Assembly: GCF_022045235.1 (NCBI RefSeq)
Contig: NW_027266267.1
Span: forward strand, 32,736,001-32,800,000
Reading direction: 5' to 3'
DNA from: Haliotis cracherodii
Lineage: Eukaryota
Length of the DNA stretch: 64,000 nt
In this document: positions 27,415-40,872 of the stretch, in pieces
Layout of the letters: each line of letters starts with the position of its first letter
Position numbering within the stretch: the first letter of the stretch is position 1
The notes under the pieces: generated by a model
Databases searched by the model: none
What the model was told of the DNA's origin: nothing
The model's input: only the letters and a program-made list of their open reading frames with translations
Made by a program: the position numbers and the translations under genes

Positions 27415-30400
27415 TCATCGACACAAGTACACACTTAATGATGACGTTAACACATATAATATAATTCCAACAGGAAGTGACGTCATAGCTGCATTACACA
27501 ACTCCCCCTCACAGCAGTAAACGCACGAGGACGGATCCTGTTCACAGTTGCCGTTGACATTTTGAAGACTGTAGCAGTGACTATCATCCATACACCCCTG
27601 AAACACAACATCGCCAAGTGATAAAAGAAACGAAACAATGTAACGCTTACGCCATCATGGATGGCGACCCGGAAGATATAGAGAAAACTGCAAGTATTCG
27701 AAAGTAATTCACAAAAGGCAGGTTGAAACCAAGTTCGAACCTTGGCATATACCACTATCCCATCAGAAATTTCAGTCCTTAAACAGATGTCACCTCTACC
27801 ATACACGTGATACGAGCCCTGTTGTCTTTGTCGACACTGCTCGATGTGCAGAATTGTGTCTCCCTGATATAATAAACGCACTTTAATGAATATAATATAC
27901 TGGGCATTGATGATGTACACGTATTCTCATATGCGTCATGGAAATGTTACTTTCGATTGTTGATATAAATACTTAAGAATCAATAATGCAACTTTGGTGA
28001 TGATTTTGCATCTCTGTTTGATATTCTACGCGTCATTTGGAACTTTCTTGTCGTTTTACATGCATTTAACACTTGTTAAACCCCTGAACATCCGGGTTAG
28101 AATAGGTCAGCAAACCTAATGCTTGCTTGCCATAAAAGGCGAAAATGCTTGTCGCATAAAACCCCAATGTAGCCCGAGTGATCCTGCTAGAACGAATTAA
28201 TCTGAGCTGAGGTTAACTGCGCTATGTCACGTGACTTCCATTGACACGGAAAAAGCGTGCGGCTTTTTGCTTCGAAGCACCTGCAGCCTGAATTACTCGT
28301 GGCGGGGTATAAGGGATTTATTTGCCCGCTGAGAATAAATACATCGTACATCGTATTTTATCAGGATCACGTGGACCAATCAGATCTCGTCTTTCTGACA
28401 TGGAGATATGATACAATCGTAATACTATATATTTCAATGATAAATATTAACGGTAGAAATGTTAATTTGCAAACTAATCGTACCTTTGTGTATTTTTTGC
28501 CCTCGAAGCCCCCTCTCTCTATTGTCGTGTAGCATATCTGACCCCAGCCGCACGTGATGGGGTCACTCTGCATACACTCTCGAACCGTCCATGCGCGGAC
28601 ACACCGGAAACAGTCGAGACCGACTGCACCTAAAATATAGATCGAGAACGAGAATTCAGTTCAGGTGCAACCTAGCGTCGATTGTACGCTAAAAGAAGCT
28701 GTCCAATCAAATTGCTCGAAGAATATTCTGTGCTTAGTTGATGATAAGAGTCGGTGACGTCACTACCGAAACGTTAGTTAGGGTCGCGAATGAGTTCAGG
28801 GCCAGTATCACAATAGAATGTATATATTATAAACTGGTTGTTTGGGAATGTGTAGAATAGGAATGTCGCCAAAGATATGTTTGTTTGTTTATGGCCACAC
28901 TCAATATTCCAGGTATATGGCGTCGGTCTGTAAAAAATCGAGTATGGACTAGACAAACCAGTGATTGACATCATGTGCTTTGAGCCAGGCAGTTGGAATG
29001 CTGTTCAACCAACCATGTCACAGAGTCTGTCCACCCGATCCATTTAATCGCCTCTTACAACAAGCATGGGTTGCTGAGGGCCTACATTCTTACCCACGGG
29101 TGTTAGAGAATCACAAGTCAGGTTCAAGAAGGCAAGGGTGGTCGGGTAGCCTAGTGGTTAAAGCGTTCGCTCGTCACGCCGAAGACCCAGGTTTCTTTCC
29201 CGATATGGGTACAATGGTGTGAAGCCCATTCCCGCCGTGATATTGCTGGAATATTGCTAAAAACGGCGTAAAACTCACTCTCTCACCACTCACTTCAAGT
29301 AGGCAACTGAATAGACGGAAAATATGCCGCTGATTTTTGTTAAACTTTTTACTTTTATTCTGATGGGTTTTCGCACGCGACAAGTGTTAAGAATCAACGT
29401 GAGTTTCCTGAGCGGGAACAGGGGCCAATTCGACTAAGTCACTGCGTTGCGTTCCTTACAAATTATGATCGTGGGTTCGAACCCCGATTGGCCCTGTTTA
29501 TGTTTCTAGGTTTGTCAGCACCATTGCCTTGCTCGTGTTGTTCACGTGAGTGTTAACCGTGTGAGACACCAAAATGGTAGTGATTGCTGCGTTGACCCAA
29601 ACTGACTGACTGACTCACACATTCACCGTAACGTGAGACAATGGTCTGGTTGGTTTCAGCTGTGTCCCTGATATACCTTGATGTCTCACGGCTAGCTAGC
29701 TGCCTGGGTACCAGTACTATAACTCAAGCGATCCCAGAGTAAGGGAATGAAGTGTCGACGTGCGTCATCTTTTGTTGAACACGGTGTCATAGTTTCGTTT
29801 ATGCTACCATCACACCAAAGTAGTTCTATCCCGTTCTACCCCGTTCTAAACAAAATACTAGAACGGGCTTTGATCACGGTAGAACGCGTAGTTTGGCATA
29901 AAATACGATGCTAGTTAGTTCGTAAGCAGTCCTCAATACGTCTATCTCGTTCTTAGCCAGTCTGCAGTCCGTTTGTATCCAGTTCAGATAGTGTAAAAGT
30001 GCCCGTTCACCTGATCCCGACGACGTTTCGAAACAGTTCCAGCACGTCCGTAGCCGTTCTGAACCCGTTCTTAACCAGTTCAACCTCGTTCTACCCTGTT
30101 CACAATATGTCCAAGCCAGTTCTAACTAATTCTTAACCCGACCAGCTCGTTCGCAGTGCGTGTGTATTCGCATCCTGGCCCGACTCCTATGGATACCGAG
30201 CGCGTTGTAGTCGGTCTTCATTCAAGTTCAGGGCTCCGAGCTGTACACATCATGCCTCCAAAGAGAAGTCGACCCGGTCGGTGTGCACACGTACTGCAAT
30301 TTATGTCGGACTGCACCACGCCGTAACACGTCCCTAGTAGGTTCGAAGTACGGCAATTCCGTTCGTAAAACGCCTTTCTCGTTTTAAGTACTTTGTCAAT

Positions 30401-30924
30401 CCGAATAATTGCAGAACGGGATGGACAGGGATAAAATTTTGAGCAGACTCAAAGTTCTGGAGCTCCCTCCCCGTCCAAGGCCGTCCATGAAGGTCGTAAA
30501 AAGAGTGTCAATAGTTGCTACTACGTCCACTACGTTCATACACAGTTGGAGCCCGTTCGACAAAATGTTAACGTTTGGTGTGATGGGGGTAAAACTAGAC
30601 ATTGATCTGTTAAATTGAGGCATTATTTTTGTGCTCACGGTGACCTCCGTGCATTTGCCCCCCTTGCCTATACTCAGAGAGACCCCACCTTGTGTAGTGG
30701 ATAGAGCGTCTGACAGGAGAGTGGAAAGTCAGGAGTTCGATCCCCCGCCGCGTCATACCAAAAGACGTTAAAAGATGGTACTTGTTGTTACCCTGTCAAG
30801 GATTGTTCGGCTCGGGGTCAGTATACTGTGTCTGAGTGGGGTATTCATGTTAAACTGCGGCATGGTATCTCAATGTGCTAGCACTATAAATTTGCATCAG
30901 TCCGGACTAGTACAATCAGCGACG

Positions 30925-30955
<31 letters not shown>

Positions 30956-31702
30956 ACGTCGCTATACAAGGGCAATAATCTTGGCCGCGACGTTAAAACC
31001 CATGTCACTTCAGCTGTACTTAGGGAACATGGTTGTATGCATCAGCAGATTCACATCAACGCCCCCCAAAAACACGTCTTTATTACTTGATTCGAAAACA
31101 TGTCTATGTATTTAATTCTCATTGTTTATACCGCGATGTCATGAATATGTAGAACACCACTAAAGTTGTGTTTCCTCAACAGCGTAATCAGATCACGTCA
31201 CGAACACGCAGAGGAGCCGTGCTCTAGCATGCAGATCACTCCGATTACAGAATTAAACGGGAACTATACCCAGTCAATATTCCAGCCATAGCATATAGTA
31301 GTTTGTCGGATCCCTGAACACTCACTGACGCATCACTGACAAGAAATATGTCTGATGCAATTCCCTTGTACTGCGTTTTTCAGGTTAACAATTGACTTGC
31401 CATTGCATGTGTTTGTGACGGGTGCCACCGGTGGGGCAGGATAGGCCCCTCACCTTTTCCCGAACACCTGGTATCATCATTATATGTTAGTGATTCAAAA
31501 ACACATGCTCATGATATAGTCTGAATCTAAAAGATGGTACTTCTTGTTACCCTGCCTGATGCTCGACATAAAAGGGCTAAACAAGGACTGGTCGGCTCGG
31601 AGTCAGTATACTGTGTTTGAGTGGGGTTTTCATGTTACACTACAGAATCATTACCTCTGTGGGCTAGCACTATCAAACCACCTTTAGTCCGGACCCCCAC
31701 CC

Positions 31703-31758
<56 letters not shown>

Positions 31759-34700
31759 ATTTCACCTCTCCTCGCCTTAAGACTAGAAATGGGCGCGCAG
31801 GCACGTCTCCCTTTAACTGGACAAGAACAAAACTGGCGAAAATGTCAACCCCATAATATTATTATACTACAAGACGTAGTAATGAAAATAATTGCGTCAT
31901 TTTCGTTTTTAAGTACCATCACTGTGATCTATTATCGATACGTATTTCATGGGTTGCTGAAGACCTATTCTATCCCGGATCTTCACGGGTCAAGTATGAC
32001 ATAGAATTGGACATTTATTATTGTCCACTACCAGAGTACATATTTACTGCTATACTGCCCAGTCGGCCTCGTTAATCTTTCATTGGTACCTGGGCCGGTG
32101 GAGTATCCTGTCGGAATATTGCAAAAAGCGTCATTTAACCATACTCACTCACTAACTCACACCAGATCATAGTAGTTAATATCGAAATAACTAATTATAC
32201 AAAAGACTTAACACATTTTGAATATAGTAAATCTTAAATGACCTTGAGTAAAAATGTGACCGTTTATTAAAGTTAGGCATTAGTCTTTTACACAGACCCT
32301 GAAACAAATATATCTAATGCAGCCCATGCAAGTTCATAATATTTGGCAAGTCTAGATTACTGCAGTTTGAATATGAAGAGCCCTGTGTTCCTTTTTAATA
32401 TATTGTATTAAGATAATTTAACAACGGTTTTTTCTGTAAACTAGTTTCCTATCAGAGACTAGACGTCCAGTTCACTAAGTCTATTCATATATTAATTTTA
32501 GCAATCAGTCGAAGACTGACTCCTTGAACAAATCTTTACAACATGCAATATCGTTTTGATAAACTCCGCGACGTGCTTTGGCCGAGCCGCCCGTTTTGCT
32601 TATTGCACACCTGTCAATCAACTGTCAATTATTTACAGTCATCACAGGCGAATGACGTAGTGTTGAAATCATCATAAATCAGGACCTGGTGATAAGTTTC
32701 AAATTATATATAAGAGCCTCTCAAGTCGACTTAAAGGTTTTAATTATAAAAAGAGCATATCCACCAGATCCTGACAAAAATGACGACTGTCTTGATTCGA
32801 ACTTCTAGACTGCAATGTATGTGATCACGTGATGTAATATAATACGACAGACATCATGCTAAGATACTACAGTTAGAATCGCCTGGTTTGTTTGTATTGG
32901 ACATTACACTGTAACAGTTAATACTATAATGGGATGTAACCCTGACGATTCTAACTGGAACGGTCTCTTTTTGATCAACGAGGTTTCACTGTAAAAAGGT
33001 TATTTTTTTAATAAGGATTCCATGTTTATGACAGAAACTTGAATATCATGTTAATTGACGTGTCTCTGGGCCCGATATTTGTTTTAAAAAAATGTGTTCT
33101 CGATAGTGTTGGAAAAACTATTCAGTCCTCAGGTATCTCCCCCCCCCCCGCCACCCCAAATGTGAACACTGTTCACTGCACGTGCATCAGTTTATTGTGT
33201 TGAGGGTCCCCCAAAATTGAGTTGGTTGAATCCTATTTTAGAGAAATAAATGTACGTCTTGAAGCCCTGCTTGAAATAATAACCCTGGCCCCGAACAAAA
33301 ATCCCAATACAGAATATTGAACTGTTGGCCCCTTAGCATTCAAAAGGTCGAGTTGGTTACGACGATTGATGAACGTCATTCTCTGTCACACTGACGACAG
33401 AGCCAGACGGAGGGGTTACAAACTCAACTCTCTTGAATATTTCTTCAAAGTTGATATGTGGTTGTAATATTGTAATCCAAATAGGTGATTTTGATTTAAC
33501 GTGTTGAAGCAGCTGTATTTTGGGAGTTCATAATCATATATAGAGACAAACATTGTATTAAAATGTGGGTTATTTGTTCAAGCAATAAATACATAGAAGA
33601 CCCGTGAAGATCCGGGGTAGAATAGGTCTTCAGCAACCCATGCTTGCCGTAAAAGGCGACTAACGGGATCGGATGGTCAGTCTCGCTGACTTGGTTGATG
33701 CATGTCATCGATCCCAATTGCATGGATCGATGCTAATGATGTCAATCACTTGATTGTCTTGTCCAGACCCGATTATTTACAGACCACCGTCACATAGCTG
33801 GAGTGTGGCGTTAAACAGCAAACAAACAAACAAACAAACCTGGTATCAACGTGATAATGAGTAGTATGATATGTCTGGTCCAGACTCGATTATTTACAGA
33901 CCGCCGTTATATAGCTGGAATAGTGCTGAGTACGGCGTTAAACAACAAAGAACCAAAGAAACAAAAAATACATAAAAAAACGGAGTTTGACATATATTTG
34001 AGTGAGTTGGCAAGCGGGTGGGTGAATGTGTGAGTGAAGTTCTAATCTACTTTAAGCAGTATTCCAGCAATATCACGGCCCGGGACACCAGAAAGTATCA
34101 GAACATTATCAGTGAAAATATAGACACATGCTCTCTATAACATGCTGCGTACACAGGATATTGTGTCAGCGGAGACCCATGTACAAGACAAGATGTCGTT
34201 CGTCGATTACATTCCACGCTTTCAAATCTCCTTGGCCAAATCTTGTTGTACACACATCCCAGCAACGAATAACACAAATAGTGTTTGCGTGCACTTAGAG
34301 CACATGGCTGGCAGACATAATATAGAAAATAACAACGAAATATTGTATCACAATCGTCACTGGTTAGAAATGTGATTACAAAATCACAAATATAAATGTT
34401 TACCTATGTACGCATTAACCTTCCATTTTGTGCTGGCATATTTGTGGTATTTATCAGCTCATAGGGCCTACTTATAGTAACACAACTATTACCGACGGAC
34501 GTAAATATATCATTTTCAGTGAAAATATTCAGTAAATATTACTATTGGTTTTAGACATGAACTTTGAAGCGACATATATGTACAGTACTGTAGCTGGATT
34601 AAGGATAGATATACTGATATATTAAAACTTGAACTCAACATTGCATTTATATATATATAGATCGATTTTTGATAGTGGCTAAAAACGAGACAAACAAATG

Positions 34701-35284
34701 GTTATTTGATGGTGCTGCATTTGATACGGGTATCATAGTTGTGTCTTGGACATTAAGTTTGCAGTGTTTCGGGGACTGTTTTCAGCCAAGTAACGTTTCG
34801 ATAACGTTTGTAATTTTGTGGTCAAGTCCATGTTTCTGGTGTTTACTTTCTTTTGCCCGGCTGTGTATAAGAAAGTTGGAGAGGACTTTGAAACAAAAGT
34901 AATGAAACTGATGATTTGACTTGTTTGAATTGTCTTAAGAGGCGACAACAGGATCGAGTGGTCAGGCTTGCTGACTTGGTTGATGCATGTCATCGTATCC
35001 TAATTGCGAAGATCGCAGCTCACGATGTCAATCACTGCATTGTCTGGCCCAGACTCTTCTATTTACAGACCGCCGTCATATAGCTGGAATATTGGTGAGT
35101 GCGGTGTTAAATAACAAACAAACAAATAACCAAACAAACAACATATTTGAAACAACGCACGCATTTATCCTACTAATCCATCGGGAAAAGTTCCTTGTCT
35201 ATTTCGCTGTATAAACTACGTGGCACACCTACCTGGTAAGGTTGTAAGGAGTGACGTCATTAATCCAACATATATGAAATTCAT
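27415..35284 (-). CDS. Ly6/uPAR (three-finger) family GPI-anchored protein, ~126 aa
   Basis: Coding exons: 35233-35284 (signal peptide MNFIYVGLMTSLLTTLP, phase 1), 28484-28629 (GAVGLDCFRC...ITCGWGQIC...YTK), 27415-27597 (GCMDDSHC...CVYCCEGELCN + hydrophobic tail). GT-AG introns; CxxC start and CCxxxxCN end. The signal-peptide exon is the least certain. Confidence 0.8.
29803..30590. mobile_element. Non-autonomous DNA transposon, PIF/Harbinger-like
   Basis: TIR CCATCACACCAAA (~29807) / TTTGGTGTGATGG (~30574); subterminal CGTTCTA repeats. Superfamily assignment is tentative. Confidence 0.55.
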
Positions 35285-35665
35285 TCTGTAAAATGTAGTC
35301 CAGATTTTACTCCGTATGTTTCAATCCACATTCTTCAGCTCAACGGGCAACCTCTGATAGAATATAAGTGAAATGAAATGTACACCGAAAGTGATCGAAC
35401 TTGTCACGCACGCCTTTCGTTTGTAAATCCTGTTAGTAGTGGACGATCTAATCTATTTCGTGTGTTCATGAAATGTACGCCAATCAGATGTGTCTTGTGT
35501 TTCCAGCCCTTTACGAAGGCAAGTCAACACAGCAAACTGTCAGACATTGACAACCTCTTGTTGTCCAGTTCGTTTCTTTATCGGCAACTTGACCCACAAA
35601 TCGTCGTGTCATAATTGAGATTGACAAACAGGACATCACGTGCTCGCGTGCGTGACGTCACACGG

Positions 35666-35668
<3 letters not shown>

Positions 35669-35724
<56 letters not shown>
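35669..35724. repeat. (AT)n microsatellite
   Basis: Perfect AT dinucleotide run. Confidence 0.95.
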
Positions 35725-35726
<2 letters not shown>

Positions 35727-36409
35727 TTTTCTCCAGCAAGAAGTGGGAGGTTTTATCGTCAATAACAACGGAAGTTACACAGAGAGGCAGTCTGTATGTA
35801 AGGTTTCTTTAGAAATCACTTTCAATAGAAAGGGCGTATGGGTTCATGAACTGGAGTGATAAGCAGAGTCGCGTATGATATTGCACTCGCTTAATGTTTA
35901 CGTAGAGTTATTGGTCGTGAATTCGATCTATAAAGACAACAAAAGCTACTCTTATCTGTTATGTATGAGTGAGTGATTGAAGTTTGTTTTAAGCCACAGC
36001 GATATAACAGTTATGTGTGAATATTTTGACAATTTTGGTGCGGCTGCAAACTAAATTGAAAAGTAAGTTGTCTTTTTCGAGATTGCAACACACGTGAAGA
36101 TCCGGGATACAATTGGCCTTCAAGGGGAGACTAACGGGATGGAGTGGTTAGACTCACTGATTTGGTTGATGCATGTCGTTGTATTCCAACTGCGTAGGAA
36201 GATGCTCGTGGTGTCAGTCACTAGATTTTCTGGTCAAGATTCGATTATTTACAGACCGCCGTCATATTACTGGACTATTGCTGAGTGCAGCGTTAAACAA
36301 AAACAAACAAACAAACAAACCCTAAGTTGGCCACATGTCCGCGGCCTTTCCGTCGGTCCAAGTTTTATAACTGGACTAATTCGCTTCATCGTCTTTTCCA
36401 CCGTCTCGT

Positions 36410-36577
36410 GGGCGGTCGGGTAGCCTAGTGGTTAAAGCGTTCGCTCGTCACGCCGAAGACCCGGGTTCGATTCCCGACTTGGGTACAATGTTTGAAGCCC
36501 ACTTCTGGTGTCCCCCGTCGTGATATTGCTGTAGCATTGTTAAAGGCGGCGTAAAACCATACTCACTCACTCACTTA
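36410..36577 (+). mobile_element. tRNA(Asp)-derived SINE
   Basis: A box TAGCCTAGTGG, GTC anticodon-like loop, B box GGTTCGATTCC, tail GCGGCGTAAAACCAT(ACTC)n. Other copies at ~23990-24120, 26709-26846, 29140-29290, 39150-39312, 40168-40310, 50890-51028(-) and 52395-52550. Confidence 0.85.
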
Positions 36578-38489
36578 CTCCACCGTCTCGTCTTATTCCA
36601 AAAAGTATGGACATTATTTTTTATGTCTCAGGCTTGACAATAATTGTCCGCTGGACGTGGATTTGCTTCCTCTCAGAGAAAGAGAATGATTGTCTTGAAG
36701 CAGTGACAGATACACGAGGCCCCTCCAAGAAGTTAAAATGGCCGGTCCCCCACCTCACGTCATTGAGTCGGATTTCACACCGCTTTGAATAATAATTACG
36801 ACCAGGCAGATTTTGGGTTATAGATCCAAGTGACAGGTTGTATACAAGGACTTAAGAACGCGCAACTCCTAATCGGGTAGAATCTGGATTCGATCCGTAT
36901 ACCAGTTGATGGATTTGAAAAATACAAATACACTTTTAGAAACAATTTAAAAAAAACCTCCATTTTTTATATAATACTGATCACATGCTTGCATGGTTTC
37001 AGTAGCTGCTGCGCCACACCCCATCCTTCCTGACAGAATAGAAAATAGTGAATGTCCCGCACTTTAACCAGGATTAGAATATTTAATATTGACATAAACA
37101 ACCGACCTAAATAACTTATGATCACATGTTGCCAAATAACAGACCCGTGAAGATCCGGGGTAGAAAAGGTGTTCAGCAACCCATGCTTGCCGTAAAAGGC
37201 GACAAACGGGATCGATGTTCATGATGTCAATCACTGGATTGTCTGGTCCAAACCCTATTTACAGACCGCCGTCATATAGCTGGAATATTGCTTAGTGCGG
37301 CGTAAAACAACCAACCAACCAACAACCAAATAACAAATATGCATGTCTCCGTTCGCCGCTTTTAGTAATATCTCATCACGGCGGGGGACACACATTTTAC
37401 CCTGTGAGGAATCAAACCCGGGCCTTCAGCTTTAACCACTAGGCATCACCAACGCTCCCTATGAGTAGAACATGAGACGGAACTGCATATTAATTTAAGA
37501 CAGGTACAATTGGTATGTTAGCTTGAGTGCACACTGCTATACTCCCTTACAAAAAGTCATCAGACACCTTGATCTAGGTCAGTCTTAAATTAAGCTCTCA
37601 AGAAGGGAATATGAGAGGCATTGACTGGGTTTTCATTGACTCGCCGCCCAAACATGATATTGAATGAAGAGAAAGAGTGATTGACATCAGTTCAGCTTTA
37701 TATCAGTCGCTGCTAAAAAGGTGAAATGAACACGGGGTGATTGTTGGATAGACTGAAAGATTAACACACAAAACCTTCCGTAAATAAATAACCTGAAATT
37801 GACATCCCGGTACAAGGGATCAGCTGGTGCAATGTACAACAGCGTCAATACCATTTCCAGTATATAATTGTACAAGGTAAGGGGCTATCGCAAAACGTAT
37901 GAGAGAAATTTATTCAGTTCTGTAGGAAAAATGAATTTATTTGACAGTTTAATATATCACAATTTATATTTTTAAGGATCATGGAAAACACTTTTACAAG
38001 AACAAGGGGCTATCGCAAAACGTCTAAATTGACCAACTTTCGCAAGGATGTTGAATTTATTTGACGGATTAACTTAACATATCTTTCCTCTATAGCACAC
38101 GGGCATACACAAAATGCATAGCATGATCAGACTTTAGGGCACGATGGTACATAATCGGCTTGATGACACATTGTAGCCACCTGACCCTCTCGGGTCTCAC
38201 CTACGGCCAGTATGGGGTACTAAGGGGACAGTCTGCATGGTCTTCACATAGAAGATATTACGTCATAAAGTTTGACTGAGTGAGTCATGAGTGTTTTACG
38301 CCGCTTTTAACAGTATTATAAAATATATCACGGCGTGTTATCTTGATGTGGGAGGAAAGCCCGAAGTGATGCAGGTCTTAGACGTTTGCCGAGCATAGGA
38401 ATATCAACAGGGCGAATATGGGATTCGAACCCACGATCAGAGGATTCTCGCTAGCTTAAGGGAGGTAACTCTGCGGTTTGCGGTACCTC

Positions 38490-39110
38490 AGACGACAGGG
38501 CCATTCGTGTCCCGTAAGAAGAAGGGAGCACAACATACGGCCCGACGTTCCGCGATATGCCCATTGTAGCCTCCACGTCACCGCCAGGCACAACTAGCTT
38601 GGTGTGGACAGCATCTAGGATCAGACTGGCACGGATATGTCCAGGTTTCGCCTGGACTGCTCTGATTGTAGTACAATGGTCTTGAGGCGCCCAGGAGAAC
38701 GTTTCAGCAACGCTTGCGTTACTCAACGTCGTCAGTCTAGGGGTGGCATTACAACTCTGGGAGAACACAACTCATCATTGTTAATAACAATTGGAATGGC
38801 GTAGGCACTCGGGACGACATCGGTCGAGATCTTGTTGGACACTTTGTGCAAATGCAGGGACGTAACGTCACGCTGCAGTAGATTAATGCCCGCACACATG
38901 TTGCACAGAATGTTGTAATGTTGTTTGTCTGTTTGCTCTACTGCCATGGCCGTCTGTCTCTCCAACCCTCTCCCTTATAGAACACGTCCGGGATGAGATG
39001 GACCGAAGTCTACGACTGGACCAGAACCAGCCATATGGCAGAACATATGTCAGACTGTTTGACTGTCTGTCAAACATCGGGTGTCTTCAGTGCCCCGACG
39101 CTGATTCACC
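38490..39110 (-). pseudogene. Tc1-family transposase relic
   Basis: Degraded translations resemble Tc1 motifs: the RPRSGR HTH linker region, and GPYVVLPSSYGTR resembling GSVMVWG.ISY..RT. Frameshifted. Confidence 0.55.
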
Positions 39111-39149
39111 TGTATCACGCATGCGCAAATAGTGGTCACACCCGATATT

Positions 39150-39312
39150 AAGTTGCGGTCGGGTAGCCCAGTGGTTAAAGCGTTCGCTCGTCACGCCGAA
39201 GACCCGGGATCGATTCCGACATTGGTACAATGTGTGAAGCCCATTTCTGGTGTCCCCCGCGGTGATATTACTGGAATATTTCTAAAAGCGGCGTAAAACC
39301 ATACTCACTCAC
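39150..39312 (+). mobile_element. tRNA(Asp)-derived SINE with 14-bp TSD
   Basis: TSD TCACACCCGATATT at 39136-39149 and 39313-39326. Confidence 0.85.
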
Positions 39313-40367
39313 TCACACCCGATATTGACATTGTTACTGGACTTGTTAACCACCCCTCCAATAGGGCATTCCACTCTGTCTTCTGTTACCGGGAAGGGGT
39401 TTTGTCAATCAGTGGTTAGGATGAAACATTGACCAGACGCATAGCCACACATTATGTTGTTATTTTCAGTGTGATATACATCACATTATATGAAGCACAG
39501 TTTCTTTTTGGCGTTATTATATTTCTAAACAATACCACTACAGACAACGCCCCTTTGTTAACTTCACATACCATCAAGGAATACAAGTTGACAAAAACAA
39601 TCTATTCATGATCAGATAACAATAAAACTTGAACCAAGACCCCGCGCGTCTCACGGAAATATATAGGATATTAACAAATTGTCATTTCAAACTTCCACTT
39701 CAAATAGTTGAACGATTGGTACCGCTAAACTACTATTGACATGACCCCATGATATATTGACGCTTGTGATCGTGTTCGCTTCTTGGCCTTCAGTGTTTTA
39801 TGACAGGTCAAGTACATCGTGTGTGTACTCTGGTAGGGTGTAGACGGACTGTGCATACAGACAGGGACAAAACACGTGACCAATACACTGTTTCACCACC
39901 TGATGAGTATTTGTCTGTTTGCTGATTAACGTCGCACTTCTTATATTTAAGTATAAATATCCATTTCAACACTATTGGGTAATGATATTGTTACCCCATA
40001 GCGTTGGACTTTAAAGGTGCAATGAAACACAGTGGTTTCCTCATCACTAGACATATGGCTACCCTGTGGGTGTATGCTTGTTGCCTTCAGCTTGCGCCAA
40101 ATATCTCTTTCCTTGTGTTCTTGTCGGCTAGCTCAACAACCTGGTGCCGAGGTCTGGAGTGATAATAGGGTAGCTTAGTGGTTAAAGTGTTCGTTTGTCA
40201 CGCCGAATGCACGAGTTTGATTCCACATGGGTGCAATGTTTGAAGCCCATATCTGGTGTCCCCTCGAATATTTATAAAAGGGGCATAAAATCCTTCTCTC
40301 ACTCACTCACTAACTGGTGTTTTGGTCCAGCTGTAATTACTGCCACGTGTGAAACGAAGACGTTGTC

Positions 40368-40383
40368 TCGTGTGAGTGTGTGC

Positions 40384-40434
<51 letters not shown>

Positions 40435-40872
40435 TAGATCTGTTCCCGCGCCTGCGTGTATGTGTATGTGTATTGTTGTGTCTTGCTGCGCGTGTGTGTC
40501 TGTGCGCGCCTGTGTGTGTGTGCGTGCGTGTGTGTATGTGAGCGTGTGTCTGTGTGCATGTGTCTTGCTGCGTTTGTCTGTGCGCGCCTGTGTGTATGCC
40601 TGTGTGTGTGTGCGTGTGTGCGTGTGTGTATGTGAGCGTGTGTCTGTGTGCATGTGTCTTGCTGCGCGTGTGTGTCTGTGCGCGCCTGTGTGTATGCCTG
40701 TGCGTGTGTGTATGTGAGCGTATCTGTGTGCATGTGTTTTGCTGCGTGTGTCTGTGCGCGCCTGTGTGTATGTCTGTGTGCGTGTGTATTGCTGCGTGTG
40801 TGTCTGTGTTTATATGCATGTGTGTGTATTTCTGTGTGCTTGTTTGTGTGTCAGTGTGTGTGCATGTATGTG
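40368..40872. repeat. (TG)n microsatellite and derived compound repeat
   Basis: A perfect TG run followed by degenerate TG/CG-rich units. Confidence 0.9.

Noticed and set aside
34142-34320. Alternative signal-peptide exon for the Ly6 gene (MCSKCTQTLFVLFVAG...)
   Set aside because: No suitable phase-1 GT donor and an in-frame stop; 35233-35284 fits better.
36410-36485. tRNA-Asp gene
   Set aside because: The acceptor stem is not formed, it continues into a SINE body and tail, and it has many diverged copies, one with a clear TSD.
39897-39930. Second CTGATGA hammerhead core
   Set aside because: No stem II or downstream GAAA.
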